The translations under genes and the position numbers were made by a program. The notes under the pieces are model-generated. The model had not been told where the DNA came from and searched no databases. It saw only the letters and a list, made by a program, of their open reading frames with translations. Source: Parcubacteria group bacterium (GTDB taxonomy: Bacteria > Patescibacteriota > Minisyncoccia > Moranbacterales > GCA-2747515). From it: a stretch of 64,000 nucleotides of DNA. The stretch lies in the NCBI GenBank assembly GCA_041660065.1, contig JBAZXC010000005.1, positions 292 through 64,291 of the forward strand. Direction: 5' to 3'. Below are positions 1 through 9,390 of the stretch, piece after piece (position 1 is the first letter of the stretch; each line of letters opens with the position of its first letter).

Positions 1-271
1 ACCGGATGGGACGACGTCTGTGGGGTTGCGGGTGGTACGATCAATAGCAAAAAAAGATCGCAAAGCATTGCGTGGGGCATTTGGCATCTCACAAGAAGAA
101 TCCATTCCCACAACCTTCTCCTCCTCCGTCCAGATCGTCATTGATCAAGATTCTATCGTACAAAACAAAGGTATCACGGGTTTCTTTGCCTCGATCTCAT
201 ACAATACGCCATTTTATCTTCTCTTTATTCTCAAAATGGCACTCATCATGTCCATTATGCTTTTTGTCCCG

Positions 272-1516
272 TCACTTGTTCTGGGTGCGGGAAAAACTCG
301 ATAAAATATACTGCTTTTCAGTGCAGTGTGAAATTGCAAGAGCAATAAAAATCCAAAAAAGAAGCGAGAGGTCGTTTTTCCAGTAGGGTGTATCGCCGAT
401 ACCGGAAAAAATGATCAGAAGAAGAGATGCTGTGTAAAGTACACTCAGAGTATCTTTGTGTACGGAATAGTGCATATATAAAAGGAAGAGTATGCGTGCA
501 TAAAAAAGCACGAAGAAAAATAATGAGAAAAAGCCTCCCGCATAAAGCAGTGTGAAAAAAAGATTGTGTGGTGTTGGCACTGCCCAATCGGGATATGGAG
601 AAAACCATTTTTGTGCATTGAGGTAATGCGATTGAAAGTTGTCGATCTCATGACCGGTTAAAGGAGATTCTTGGATAAAAAACAGTGTCACATCCCAGAT
701 CATAATACGGGATGCTAGTGATCCGTGAGAAAAGTCACTATTGCTGGTAATCATTTTTTGATATCCGATACTGCAAAGGAGGAGAAAAAGAACTCCAATA
801 ATTAAAAATGAAAACAATCTTTTCTTGAAAATAAAAACAGTAACTGTGGTAATCGTGAGACATAATGCCAAAATGGTATTAAAGGAATGTGTATAAAAAA
901 TGATCAAAAGAGATGCACCTAAAATAATCCAAGAGAGAAGATGACAATAGAGCGTCTTATAACAGTGAATTATAAAGGGGATAAAAATAAGAGGAGCAAT
1001 GTACAACGCAAGGTGGTTTGGTGAGAGATAAAAAGCGGATAGGCGTCCGTCAAATGTGGTGTTGCCAGTAATAAGATAAAAAAGAGCAATGCTGACAACG
1101 AATATGAGAGAAAGAAGCAATCCATAGTGAAGCACTGAACGATTAGTGTTATTTTGTGCCAGGTGTACGGCGAGCAGAAGACCTGTACAGGCGGGGATGC
1201 AGATCCACTCAATATAGACGCCAAGAGCATGAATAGATGGGTGCATGATAAGCGAGGGAAGGAACGATAATATCAGCAAAATTACACATAACCACAAAAA
1301 AGAATTTTTTTGTAAAAAATATCGTATCGTGGTGCGATGTGTAAAAAAGAGGATAATATTTAAAACAATGCACGATAGAGAAAGGATGCTTAATGACGCA
1401 AAAAACAACGAAATACGCAAAGGGTATGCGGGAATGATCACAACAACAAAAGCAATGAAAAAATCAAGAAAAAATAGTTGCAGTTTATTAAATTGATTTA
1501 TTGTTGGTAATTTCAT
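272..1516 (-). CDS. O-antigen ligase-like (Wzy_C/WaaL family) polytopic membrane protein
   Basis: Minus-strand ORF of about 415-440 aa with many hydrophobic helices. A loop carries 'TPHNLFFTLLYAGG', resembling the AHNxxL..E.G motif of O-antigen ligases. The start was trimmed to internal Met (MKLPTIN) to limit overlap with the upstream gene; the start is uncertain. Confidence 0.5.
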   Translation of the reverse strand: MKLPTINQFNKLQLFFLDFFIAFVVVIIPAYPLRISLFFASLSILSLSCIVLNIILFFTHRTTIRYFLQKNSFLWLCVILLILSFLPSLIMHPSIHALGVYIEWICIPACTGLLLAVHLAQNNTNRSVLHYGLLLSLIFVVSIALFYLITGNTTFDGRLSAFYLSPNHLALYIAPLIFIPFIIHCYKTLYCHLLSWIILGASLLIIFYTHSFNTILALCLTITTVTVFIFKKRLFSFLIIGVLFLLLCSIGYQKMITSNSDFSHGSLASRIMIWDVTLFFIQESPLTGHEIDNFQSHYLNAQKWFSPYPDWAVPTPHNLFFTLLYAGGFFSLFFFVLFYARILFLLYMHYSVHKDTLSVLYTASLLLIIFSGIGDTPYWKNDLSLLFWIFIALAISHCTEKQYILSSFSRTQNK

Positions 1517-2762
1517 AATATGCCGCAAGAGAAAGAATAAAAAGAAATATGGGGAGAACGTGTACAGAAAATAATGGTGTATCAAATAACGCATGTGTGA
1601 AAAAGACGATCAAACTTATTATAGCAAAAAAAGCAAGAGATTGTTTTCTATTGCGGTAAAAAATGATGACGGTATATGTAATAAGACATAAAAATAAAAA
1701 TAATCCAATCAAACCAAGTTCTACTGCAATATCAAGAAAAAGATTGTGTGCATAGATTGGTGTGCGATATGTTGCCGTCGGATCAACGATAGATGGATAT
1801 GCACCAAGTCCAACACCAAAGAATGGTCGTTGCGCAATTTCATCGCAAGCTTGTTTCCACAAAACGATTCGGTGTGTGCTCGAGGTGTCAGTTGCGTCGA
1901 ATGAGGAAAAAAATCTTTGTGTGAATGGATTATGGGGAGCCATAAAAAAAAGAATGAAGCAAAAAAGAATCGCAATAAAAATATGTTTTAGCGTGGTGTG
2001 CAATGAATGCCATAAAAAAATAACACTAAAAAAAAGACCGCTAAGTAGAGCAACGTAGCCACCGCGCGAAAATGTGAGAAGGTCGGCAACGATAAGAATA
2101 AAGGAGAGGATGATCCATTTTTTGTTGCGAGAGGTGATATATAGACCAAATGCGATAGGAATAATAAGTCCGAGATAAAAAGAAAATATGTGAGGGTCGG
2201 GGAAAAAACCTACTGCACGCATGATGTCATGTGAGCCGACATGCACTAGCCAACTATTGTATGTGCTGACTGATGCGGAAAAAGTTCCACCGAGGAAAAA
2301 TGGTGTAAATAGTGACCAAAAAGTTAAAAGTGTGGAGAGTGTGACAATAAACTGCATAATAAACTGAATGATCCCAATAATTCCGGCAAGCGTTGCTCCA
2401 TACACAATGGCACGGCATAACAACACATGAGCATTGGTTTGTGCGATAAAAAGTGTGATCAAGATATAATATAAGGGAGCAAATGAAAGTAAAAATAAAA
2501 TTTTACGCAATGTCCACAATTGTTCCGGAGAATAAAAGAGGGAGAATACAATATACATTGAAAAGAATGCAAAAAATACCACATGCCACCCTGTTGGTAT
2601 GTAAAGTGATTTTTTAAATAAGGAAATCGCTATGACACAGAAAAAGAGGAATAATATAATGATGCGCACAATGGCAAGATCGACGCCAGCAAAAGGGCTG
2701 AGGGCAAATTGTAGTGGCAGAAACAAAAATGTTAATGCTAAAATGTATTGAATGATATTCAT
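1488..2762 (-). CDS. O-antigen ligase family membrane protein
   Basis: 424-aa polytopic membrane ORF with 'SRGGYVALL' and 'YAHNLFLDIAVELGLIGL' motifs typical of the Wzy_C/WaaL family. The ATG at 2762 overlaps the stop of the upstream GT2 gene (operon packing). Confidence 0.55.
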   Translation of the reverse strand: MNIIQYILALTFLFLPLQFALSPFAGVDLAIVRIIILFLFFCVIAISLFKKSLYIPTGWHVVFFAFFSMYIVFSLFYSPEQLWTLRKILFLLSFAPLYYILITLFIAQTNAHVLLCRAIVYGATLAGIIGIIQFIMQFIVTLSTLLTFWSLFTPFFLGGTFSASVSTYNSWLVHVGSHDIMRAVGFFPDPHIFSFYLGLIIPIAFGLYITSRNKKWIILSFILIVADLLTFSRGGYVALLSGLFFSVIFLWHSLHTTLKHIFIAILFCFILFFMAPHNPFTQRFFSSFDATDTSSTHRIVLWKQACDEIAQRPFFGVGLGAYPSIVDPTATYRTPIYAHNLFLDIAVELGLIGLFLFLCLITYTVIIFYRNRKQSLAFFAIISLIVFFTHALFDTPLFSVHVLPIFLFILSLAAYYEITNNKSI

Positions 2763-3538
2763 TTAATGTAAAACAAGCGAAATATACGTAATAGTAGCAC
2801 ATGACATGCGCCAAAATGTTTTTTAAAAAAGGTATCTTGAGAAGCATAATACCATTTTTTCTGGATTTTTCCAGTGTTTTTGCTGCTCTGTCCACTTGTG
2901 TGAATGAGCGAAATTGTCGGGATATAATAAACAAAGCCATCATTATGATGCGCGCGTTCGCACAAATCCACGTCTTCAAAATACAAAAAAAACGATTCAT
3001 CAAATCCACCGATATCCCGTATAAATTGTGTGCGTGCACACATGGCAGCACCACTCACCCATCGTACAGGTGTTTTTTTTGTAAATTTCCATGGTTTTTT
3101 GTGTATGCCGATATGATTTTTGATTAGATGCAAAAGAGTGATTTTTTCTCCGACAGACCACTGCTGCGGGAGAAGATCTTCTGTGTTAACACGCGGAGAG
3201 ACAATCGTTTTCTCATCAATATGGAACACAATATCAAAGAAGTTTTTACAAAAAGAATGCGTATCAGGGTTGAGAAAACACACAAAGGGAAATTTCGCAT
3301 GCGTGAGGCCAATGTTATTTGCCGCGCCATAGCCGATATTTTTACCGATCTCAATGCATTTTTGATGCAAAAAACCAAAATTTTGAAGAGAGAGTGCTGT
3401 AGAATCATTATTGACAATAATTATTTCGTGGATGTGCGCATTTGGTACGTGTGCGAGGTCAAAAAGACACTTGTGCAATTCTATTGCACTGTGATAATTA
3501 ACGATAATAAAAGATATGGGTTTATGTGAGGGATTCAT
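2759..3538 (-). CDS. family 2 glycosyltransferase
   Basis: N-terminal 'FIIVNYHS' and 'IIIVNNDS' (DxD-type region) plus 'GYGAANNIG' are typical of the GT2 fold. ATG at 3538 chosen; the track ORF begins with a TTG at 3547. Confidence 0.7.
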   Translation of the reverse strand: MNPSHKPISFIIVNYHSAIELHKCLFDLAHVPNAHIHEIIIVNNDSTALSLQNFGFLHQKCIEIGKNIGYGAANNIGLTHAKFPFVCFLNPDTHSFCKNFFDIVFHIDEKTIVSPRVNTEDLLPQQWSVGEKITLLHLIKNHIGIHKKPWKFTKKTPVRWVSGAAMCARTQFIRDIGGFDESFFLYFEDVDLCERAHHNDGFVYYIPTISLIHTSGQSSKNTGKIQKKWYYASQDTFFKKHFGACHVLLLRIFRLFYIK

Positions 3539-4376
3539 AATCAACAAATGCCTTGTGAACAGATGACGCGTATGGGTGAAATTTTTTTTGTGCGTAATAA
3601 TTTTTTATTTTGCGAAGAAAGAAGTGGATATGAAACCATATCCTTGCAAGTCCGTGAGCATGCTTGTCAAAAAACAATAAACCGGAAAGCACGAGAAAAT
3701 ACGTCTTTATTTCCTTGTGGTTCTCGCTGACTTCATCATGAAATGCTTTGGCATGTGGCAGAAGACCGAGGGAGAATCCTTCTTTTTTTGCACGTAAACA
3801 AAAATCAGCGTCTTCATAATAGAGGAAAAAACGTTCATCAAATAGACCAATTTTCTTGTAAACGGAAGCATGTACTGTCATGACGCAGCCAGAAATGTAT
3901 TCTGAAGAAACGACTTTTTGCGTGAGATCTTTTATAGGCTCCGCGTGGGTGTTCTGACATGTAAAAAAATTGATTTTTCCACCAGAAAACCATTGTTTTT
4001 TTCTTGTTGTATCAAAGATCAAAGGAGAGGCGATTGCAACTATATTATCAGTCACAGCTGTGGTCAATAAAGAAGCACAATCTTTGGATAGGGTGGCATC
4101 AGGATTGCAATAGGTGATTGTTGTGGCATTTCGCTCCAAAGCATAGCGTGTGCCGATATTTGCCGCTGTGGCAAAGCCAACATTTTGCGTATTATAAATA
4201 TAAATAAGATTGGGATATTTGAGTTTGCAAAGCTCCAATGATTGATCCGATGATGCATTGTCAACAACAACAATCAGTGGATGGACGTGTTGTGACTGCA
4301 GGATACTATGAAGGCAACGAATGATCGAATCACCGCTATTATAATTCACGACGACAAAAAAATGTCTTTCATCCAT
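3522..4376 (-). CDS. family 2 glycosyltransferase
   Basis: 'FFVVVNYNSGD', 'VVVDNASSD' and 'NVGFATAANIG' GT2 signatures; ATG at 4376. Confidence 0.7.
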   Translation of the reverse strand: MDERHFFVVVNYNSGDSIIRCLHSILQSQHVHPLIVVVDNASSDQSLELCKLKYPNLIYIYNTQNVGFATAANIGTRYALERNATTITYCNPDATLSKDCASLLTTAVTDNIVAIASPLIFDTTRKKQWFSGGKINFFTCQNTHAEPIKDLTQKVVSSEYISGCVMTVHASVYKKIGLFDERFFLYYEDADFCLRAKKEGFSLGLLPHAKAFHDEVSENHKEIKTYFLVLSGLLFFDKHAHGLARIWFHIHFFLRKIKNYYAQKKFHPYASSVHKAFVDYESLT

Positions 4377-4383
4377 AAGATAG

Positions 4384-5796
4384 TTATGACCGTTTTGGTA
4401 ATATGTGCATTATATCATTGTGTGTGACAATGCGGAAGAAAAAAAGAAGAAAAAGATAAACGACGATGGCAATGCATGTACTAAAAACATGTGGCAGAGG
4501 AAGGAAAAAGAGCAAAATTGCCATAAGTTCGCCAGAAAGAATGATAAAAGGGAGTCTGATGTCTCCGCAAACAAATGGTGTGAGACGCTTTGTCATAATG
4601 ATCGCCACAAAAGCAACAAAAAATTCCGTAATCACAGAAACGATTGCTGCGCCGGTATAGGAATACAAATAGATAAAAATGCCATTCGCAACGATGTTAA
4701 GGAGTGCTGCAAAAAAAAGAGCATACATAAGTACTTTTTGATGTGCGCCAGCGATGAGAATGTTGGTAAAGAGTTGTCCAAAAAATACGCATGCAAGTGC
4801 AAAGATGAGTATTTGCAATACAGGGGCTGCATCATGAAAATCCGGTCCACCGACAATAGCGATAATCTCCGGCGCAAGATAGACCGTGCAAATGACAAGG
4901 GGTATGAGAATAATTGTGAAAAGTTTGATAATGATCGTTGTGATCTTATTGAAAATTAAAATATCCGAAATAATATAGCGGGACAGGAGAGGAAAAATCA
5001 GTCCGACAATCATTGCAGGAAAAAAAATAAGCGTTTCAATGATCTTATAAGCAGCGCCGTAGATGCCAACATCGCTTTGAGATTGCATAAAAGAAAGCAT
5101 GATTGCATCAAATTTAAAATAAAGAAAGGTGATGATAGCACTGATGCCCATAGGAGCGGATTCTTTGAGGAATTTTTTCCAGTAGACGCTATCAGGGATA
5201 AAAGATATTGTGACATAAGAACGAGTAACAAAGAAAAGAATGATAAAATTCCAGAACATTGTGGCTAAAAGAGAAATGGCCACAGCGGTGAAGCGCAGAT
5301 GTAGTGTGAGAACAAGTACGATTGTAAAAACCTGAATGATTTTCCCGGATAATTCAACGAGGGCAACGCGATCCATGGCGATATGTTTTTGAAAAACACC
5401 ATTAAGAAGTCCATAACCAGAGGAGAAAATGAAAGCGGCACAAGCAATGAGAATGCTCGTTTTTACATCCGTAGTATAGGGCAAAAACCATACAAAAAAT
5501 GTGCTGAGGAGAAAAATTACGCACGAAATGATCATGCGCAGCGTGAACACTCTGCTCATAATCCATGATTCATCAGCACCGTCCCGAGAAATGTCTCGTG
5601 TTGCGATTGGATAAAGGCCAAAATCACCAATTGCGGAGAAAAAGGCAAAAAAGGCAAGCATGGTCGTGTATTTACCAAAGCCTTCTGTGCCAAGGTATCG
5701 CGCTAACATGCCGATGGCAAAAAGTGCCAGTGCAATGGATATCACTTTTGTTATGACATTGAAAATGATATTATAGGAAATCTTTTGTGCGATCAT
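4384..5796 (-). CDS. Wzx-like polysaccharide/oligosaccharide flippase (MOP superfamily, Polysacc_synt)
   Basis: 470-aa protein with about 12-14 TM helices, organised like the Wzx/RfbX/SpoVB family. ATG at 5796 overlaps the jag stop. Confidence 0.6.
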   Translation of the reverse strand: MIAQKISYNIIFNVITKVISIALALFAIGMLARYLGTEGFGKYTTMLAFFAFFSAIGDFGLYPIATRDISRDGADESWIMSRVFTLRMIISCVIFLLSTFFVWFLPYTTDVKTSILIACAAFIFSSGYGLLNGVFQKHIAMDRVALVELSGKIIQVFTIVLVLTLHLRFTAVAISLLATMFWNFIILFFVTRSYVTISFIPDSVYWKKFLKESAPMGISAIITFLYFKFDAIMLSFMQSQSDVGIYGAAYKIIETLIFFPAMIVGLIFPLLSRYIISDILIFNKITTIIIKLFTIILIPLVICTVYLAPEIIAIVGGPDFHDAAPVLQILIFALACVFFGQLFTNILIAGAHQKVLMYALFFAALLNIVANGIFIYLYSYTGAAIVSVITEFFVAFVAIIMTKRLTPFVCGDIRLPFIILSGELMAILLFFLPLPHVFSTCIAIVVYLFLLFFFRIVTHNDIMHILPKRS

Positions 5797-6281
5797 AAAG
5801 ACTGCATAATGCCACGTGGTTTAACAATAACTTTTCGATCATCTTTCTCGCCAATGCTTTCAGTCTCTACGCGCATATCACCGCTGATGGTCGTGTGGAC
5901 AATGCGTCGTTCATAGGCATTCATCGGTCGAAGAATGATCGGCTTTTTTTCACGATGTGCTTGATCGGCCGCATCTTTGGCAATATGCGTGATCATGCGA
6001 TCCTTATCTTCCTTATAACCATTGATATCCAGATTGATGCGCTCCAAAAAGCCATCTTTGTTGAGGATCGATCGAATGATGTGTTCAAGTGCATAAAGAT
6101 TTGATCCATGTTGTCCAATGAGAAATCGTGAGTCTTTCTGCGTTTTAAGAGAGCATAAAAATGTTTTTACATCTGTTTTTGAGTCGATCTCTTCTTTGAT
6201 TGATATTGTGGCGTCAGAAAAGTCCATGAGATGGAGAATTTTTTCTATGCTAGCCTCAATGATTTCGTGGGGATTACTCAT
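5793..6281 (-). CDS. khpB: Jag/KhpB RNA-binding protein (KH + R3H domains)
   Basis: 162 aa with a C-terminal R3H motif 'NAYERRIVHTTIS'. Lies immediately downstream of yidC, as in the canonical rpmH-rnpA-yidC-jag operon. Confidence 0.7.
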   Translation of the reverse strand: MSNPHEIIEASIEKILHLMDFSDATISIKEEIDSKTDVKTFLCSLKTQKDSRFLIGQHGSNLYALEHIIRSILNKDGFLERINLDINGYKEDKDRMITHIAKDAADQAHREKKPIILRPMNAYERRIVHTTISGDMRVETESIGEKDDRKVIVKPRGIMQSL

Positions 6282-6296
6282 AATGTTTGTTGATAA

Positions 6297-7058
6297 TTAC
6301 GTGTTATCTTTTGTGGAGGACAGCCGTTTTTCTTTGTGTATAACAACCCATTGTTGTGCGATCATAAATGCGGTTGATGTAAGCCAATAAATTGCCAGTC
6401 CGGAGGGAAATTTCAATCCGATAAATAATGTCATGATTGGCACAATAAAAAGCATTTGTTTTTGCATGATTGTTGCAAAATCTGGAGTAACGTCTTTTTC
6501 ATCTTGTTTTTTTACAGCGGCGACTTGTAGCGCTTGTTTTGTTTGCATCATTTTTAGCTGATAAAATTGTGCCAATGCGGTTATGACAGCTATTGGAATG
6601 AATGGTTCGGTAATATTCATAAAACCGAGAAACATTTTGTTAAGGTCTTGAGGGAGGAAAACAAAAGAGGAATACAAATTTTCTGCATGAATTGCGAGGT
6701 CGGGGCTACTGGAGAGATTGACGATCACGCGATACATAGTGATAAAAATGATCATCTGGACAATAAGAGGGAGACATCCTGCTGCAGGATTGACTTTATG
6801 CTCACGGTAGAGAGCCATTGTTTCTTTGGAGAGCTTCTCCTTGTCATCCTTATATTTTTTTTGTAGTTCCTTGATTTTTGGCTGAAGATCCTGCATCTCC
6901 TTTTGAGACTCGATTTGTTTGCGAGAGAGGGGTATAAGTGCAAATTTTACAGCCAATGTTAAAACAATGATTGCAACACCAAAATCTCCAAAAATGTTAT
7001 AGAGAATAATAAGTATGTTATAAATCGGTTGATAGATGAGTACAAAAAAAATGTGCAT
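6297..7058 (-). CDS. yidC: membrane protein insertase YidC (short form)
   Basis: 253-aa membrane protein in the conserved position between rnpA and jag, with a YidC-like C-terminal TM region. The short form lacks the large periplasmic domain. Confidence 0.75.
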   Translation of the reverse strand: MHIFFVLIYQPIYNILIILYNIFGDFGVAIIVLTLAVKFALIPLSRKQIESQKEMQDLQPKIKELQKKYKDDKEKLSKETMALYREHKVNPAAGCLPLIVQMIIFITMYRVIVNLSSSPDLAIHAENLYSSFVFLPQDLNKMFLGFMNITEPFIPIAVITALAQFYQLKMMQTKQALQVAAVKKQDEKDVTPDFATIMQKQMLFIVPIMTLFIGLKFPSGLAIYWLTSTAFMIAQQWVVIHKEKRLSSTKDNT

Positions 7059-7077
7059 AATGATGTAATCTTATATA

Positions 7078-7413
7078 TTAAATGAGTTTTGCTTGAGAAA
7101 AAAGCGCTGAAAGTGTAGCGCAGGCTTCCCTATATGGTAACACTTTACCACGATTTGTATAGGAGATCACGATATCGTATCCGGGAGCAAGATTGAGAAG
7201 ATGTGTATGCAGTGCTGCATAAAGAACGCGCCTTTGTCTATTGCGTTTCACTGCGCTGGGGGAATATTTTTTCCCCACAACATATGCGATGTGTGAGTGT
7301 GGACTATTATTGGGTAAAAAAAATAGCAATGCACCACCAAAATAGTGGCGCTTGCCTTGTGAATATAGAGAAGAAAATCGATATGTGTGCAGTCGATGTG
7401 GTTTTGTAATCAT
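7078..7413 (-). CDS. rnpA: ribonuclease P protein component
   Basis: 'HRLHTYRF' and RNR-type basic motif 'VKRNRQRRVLYAAL'. Directly downstream of rpmH. ATG at 7413 chosen; a TTG at 7437 is also possible. Confidence 0.7.
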   Translation of the reverse strand: MITKPHRLHTYRFSSLYSQGKRHYFGGALLFFLPNNSPHSHIAYVVGKKYSPSAVKRNRQRRVLYAALHTHLLNLAPGYDIVISYTNRGKVLPYREACATLSALFSQAKLI

Positions 7414-7445
7414 AAACAAAAAAATAAAGACTTGCAACGAATCTG

Positions 7446-7580
7446 TTATACGGCAGCACGCACACGACCTTTTTGGCGTCGTCTCTTGAGAACAAGTTGT
7501 CCCGTGCGCGTTTGCATTCTTTTGAGAAATCCATGGACGGACTTTCGCTTTCCTTTTTTTGGTTGGTATGTTCTTTTCAT
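7446..7580 (-). CDS. rpmH: 50S ribosomal protein L34
   Basis: 44-aa translation [44 protein letters not shown] matches the L34 consensus. It is absent from the ORF track because it is shorter than 60 aa. Confidence 0.85.
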   Translation of the reverse strand: MKRTYQPKKGKRKSVHGFLKRMQTRTGQLVLKRRRQKGRVRAAV

Positions 7581-7639
7581 ATTATAATTATGTAACAATA
7601 ATCACTAGTAAATAGCTCAATTATCCTAACATGGCACGT

Positions 7640-7860
7640 GTTTAAAGTCAATAAATATCTTTGGGGCAGCGAGGGATGAATAAAAGTTATCCACAAGTTG
7701 TTCACAAACTGTGGATAAGTTGATATATTTTGTTTTATTGTGGATAAATGTTATAATTTTTCTATTGAAAATAGAATCAAGATATGCATGGCTGTGGACA
7801 TTTTGTGGATAACATAGTAATTCACCCGAAACGTGTGTTATTTAAAGGATTACTGGGGAT
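7640..7860. promoter_or_regulatory. oriC-type DnaA box cluster and dnaA promoter region
   Basis: Four perfect TTATCCACA boxes at 7687-7695 (+), 7710-7718 (-), 7739-7747 (-) and 7804-7812 (-), plus a near-match at 7794-7801. An AT-rich stretch lies between them, and the cluster sits between rpmH and dnaA. Confidence 0.7.
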
Positions 7861-7914
7861 AATTCTTTCATATTACGGATATATTAAGTGTAATTAGTGA
7901 ATTGAATTAAAAAA

Positions 7915-9342
7915 ATGGATACTATAGATCTGTGGAAATCAGTATTGGGAAGCATTGAATTATCAATTTCAAAGGCAAATTTTAGTACGTGGTTCAAAAA
8001 TACGAGAATTCTTTCTATAGAAAACAAGCATGTTATTGTTGGTGTGCCAAATGGATTTGCAAAAGAATGGTTGGAAAACAAATATCAGTCATATATTTTA
8101 CAAGCATTGCGTGTTGAAATGCCGGATGTTGTGAGTATGAGTTGTGCTGTGTATAATCCACAAAACATTGAACAAAACGTCTCTGTAAACAAAGAGCCTG
8201 AAAAACAAAAATTATCGGAAAAGTCTATTGGGGAAAAGAAGCGGGTATTTGAAGAAGAAAAAAAGCCCTATGTACAGCAAAAAACAGGCTTTTCCCAATC
8301 GCTTTTATCCGCAAATAACATTAGTCTCAATAGCCGTTACACATTTGATAATTTTATTGTCGGAGAACACAACGAGCTTGCAAAAGCGGCATGTCATGCT
8401 GTGTGTGAAAATTTGGGAAGAATTTATAATCCGCTCTTCATTTATGGTAAAGTTGGTTTAGGTAAGACGCATTTATTGCAAGCAATTGGGAATTATGTGC
8501 GATCGAGCGATGCAGCAAAAAAAATTGTTTATACAACATCTGAACGTTTTACAACGGAATTGGTTAATGCCATCAAAAATAATAAAGCGGATAAATTCAA
8601 GGAAGATTATCAACTTGTTGATTTGCTCATTATCGATGATGTGCAGTTTTTGGCAGGAAAAGAAAAAACACAGCAGGAATTCTTTCATATTTTTAATGTG
8701 CTCTACAATCTCAATAAGCAGATTGTAATTTCCAGTGATCGTCCTCCAAAATCAATTAGTACACTTGAGGAGCGATTGCGATCGCGGTTTGAGGGCGGTA
8801 TGATTGTGGATGTCAGTCAACCGGATTTGGAAACACGTATTGCAATTTTACGCACGAAAGCAATGGAAAAAGGATTTTATCTCAGTGACGATGTTTTGCG
8901 GTTTATGTCAGAAAATATCAAAAACAACGTGCGTGAGCTGGAGGGTGCATTGAATCGGGTAATCGCGATCTGTGATCTGCATAAGAAAGAGCCAACGCAA
9001 CAATTGGTGGAGCAGGCATTGGGGGAGATCATTCAAAGCAGCAAAAAGAAGTGTGTACAAAATAAAAATATCATTGATGTCATTTCTGAATTTTATGAAA
9101 TTGATAAGGAGGAACTGATCAAAAAAGGACGAAAGAAAGAAGTTGTGTATCCACGACAAGTGGCAATGTATCTTTTGCGAAAAGAATTAAACATGTCATA
9201 TCCGGGTATCGGAAAATATTTCAGCGGAAGGGACCACACAACTGCGCTTCATGCATATGAAAAGATCAATAGGGAAATTAAGGAAAATGATCGTTTGAGA
9301 GAAGAAATTGGGTTTCTGCGTGAGAAATTGTACTCCGTGTAA
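7915..9342 (+). CDS. dnaA: chromosomal replication initiator protein DnaA
   Basis: 475 aa with Walker A 'GKVGLGKTHL', AAA+ motifs and a C-terminal DNA-binding domain ('VAMYLLRKEL'). Confidence 0.95.
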   Translation: MDTIDLWKSVLGSIELSISKANFSTWFKNTRILSIENKHVIVGVPNGFAKEWLENKYQSYILQALRVEMPDVVSMSCAVYNPQNIEQNVSVNKEPEKQKLSEKSIGEKKRVFEEEKKPYVQQKTGFSQSLLSANNISLNSRYTFDNFIVGEHNELAKAACHAVCENLGRIYNPLFIYGKVGLGKTHLLQAIGNYVRSSDAAKKIVYTTSERFTTELVNAIKNNKADKFKEDYQLVDLLIIDDVQFLAGKEKTQQEFFHIFNVLYNLNKQIVISSDRPPKSISTLEERLRSRFEGGMIVDVSQPDLETRIAILRTKAMEKGFYLSDDVLRFMSENIKNNVRELEGALNRVIAICDLHKKEPTQQLVEQALGEIIQSSKKKCVQNKNIIDVISEFYEIDKEELIKKGRKKEVVYPRQVAMYLLRKELNMSYPGIGKYFSGRDHTTALHAYEKINREIKENDRLREEIGFLREKLYSV

Positions 9343-9390
9343 TTTTTTAGGATATTTATTATTCAAATAATCCATTTATTGTAGCGTATT

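Noticed and set aside
1-271. Possible partial gene on the minus strand running off the left edge of the window
   Set aside because: An open frame continues to position 1, but it is only about 60 codons long, with no recognisable motif and no start context. It is too short to call.
4405-4959. 184-aa plus-strand ORF rich in K/E/C (and similar antisense ORFs such as 35428..36060, 37288..37761, 47377..47847, 50778..51347)
   Set aside because: They lie antisense to well-supported genes (the Wzx flippase, polA, metG and the NUDIX gene region). They have a biased composition typical of shadow ORFs and show no start context.
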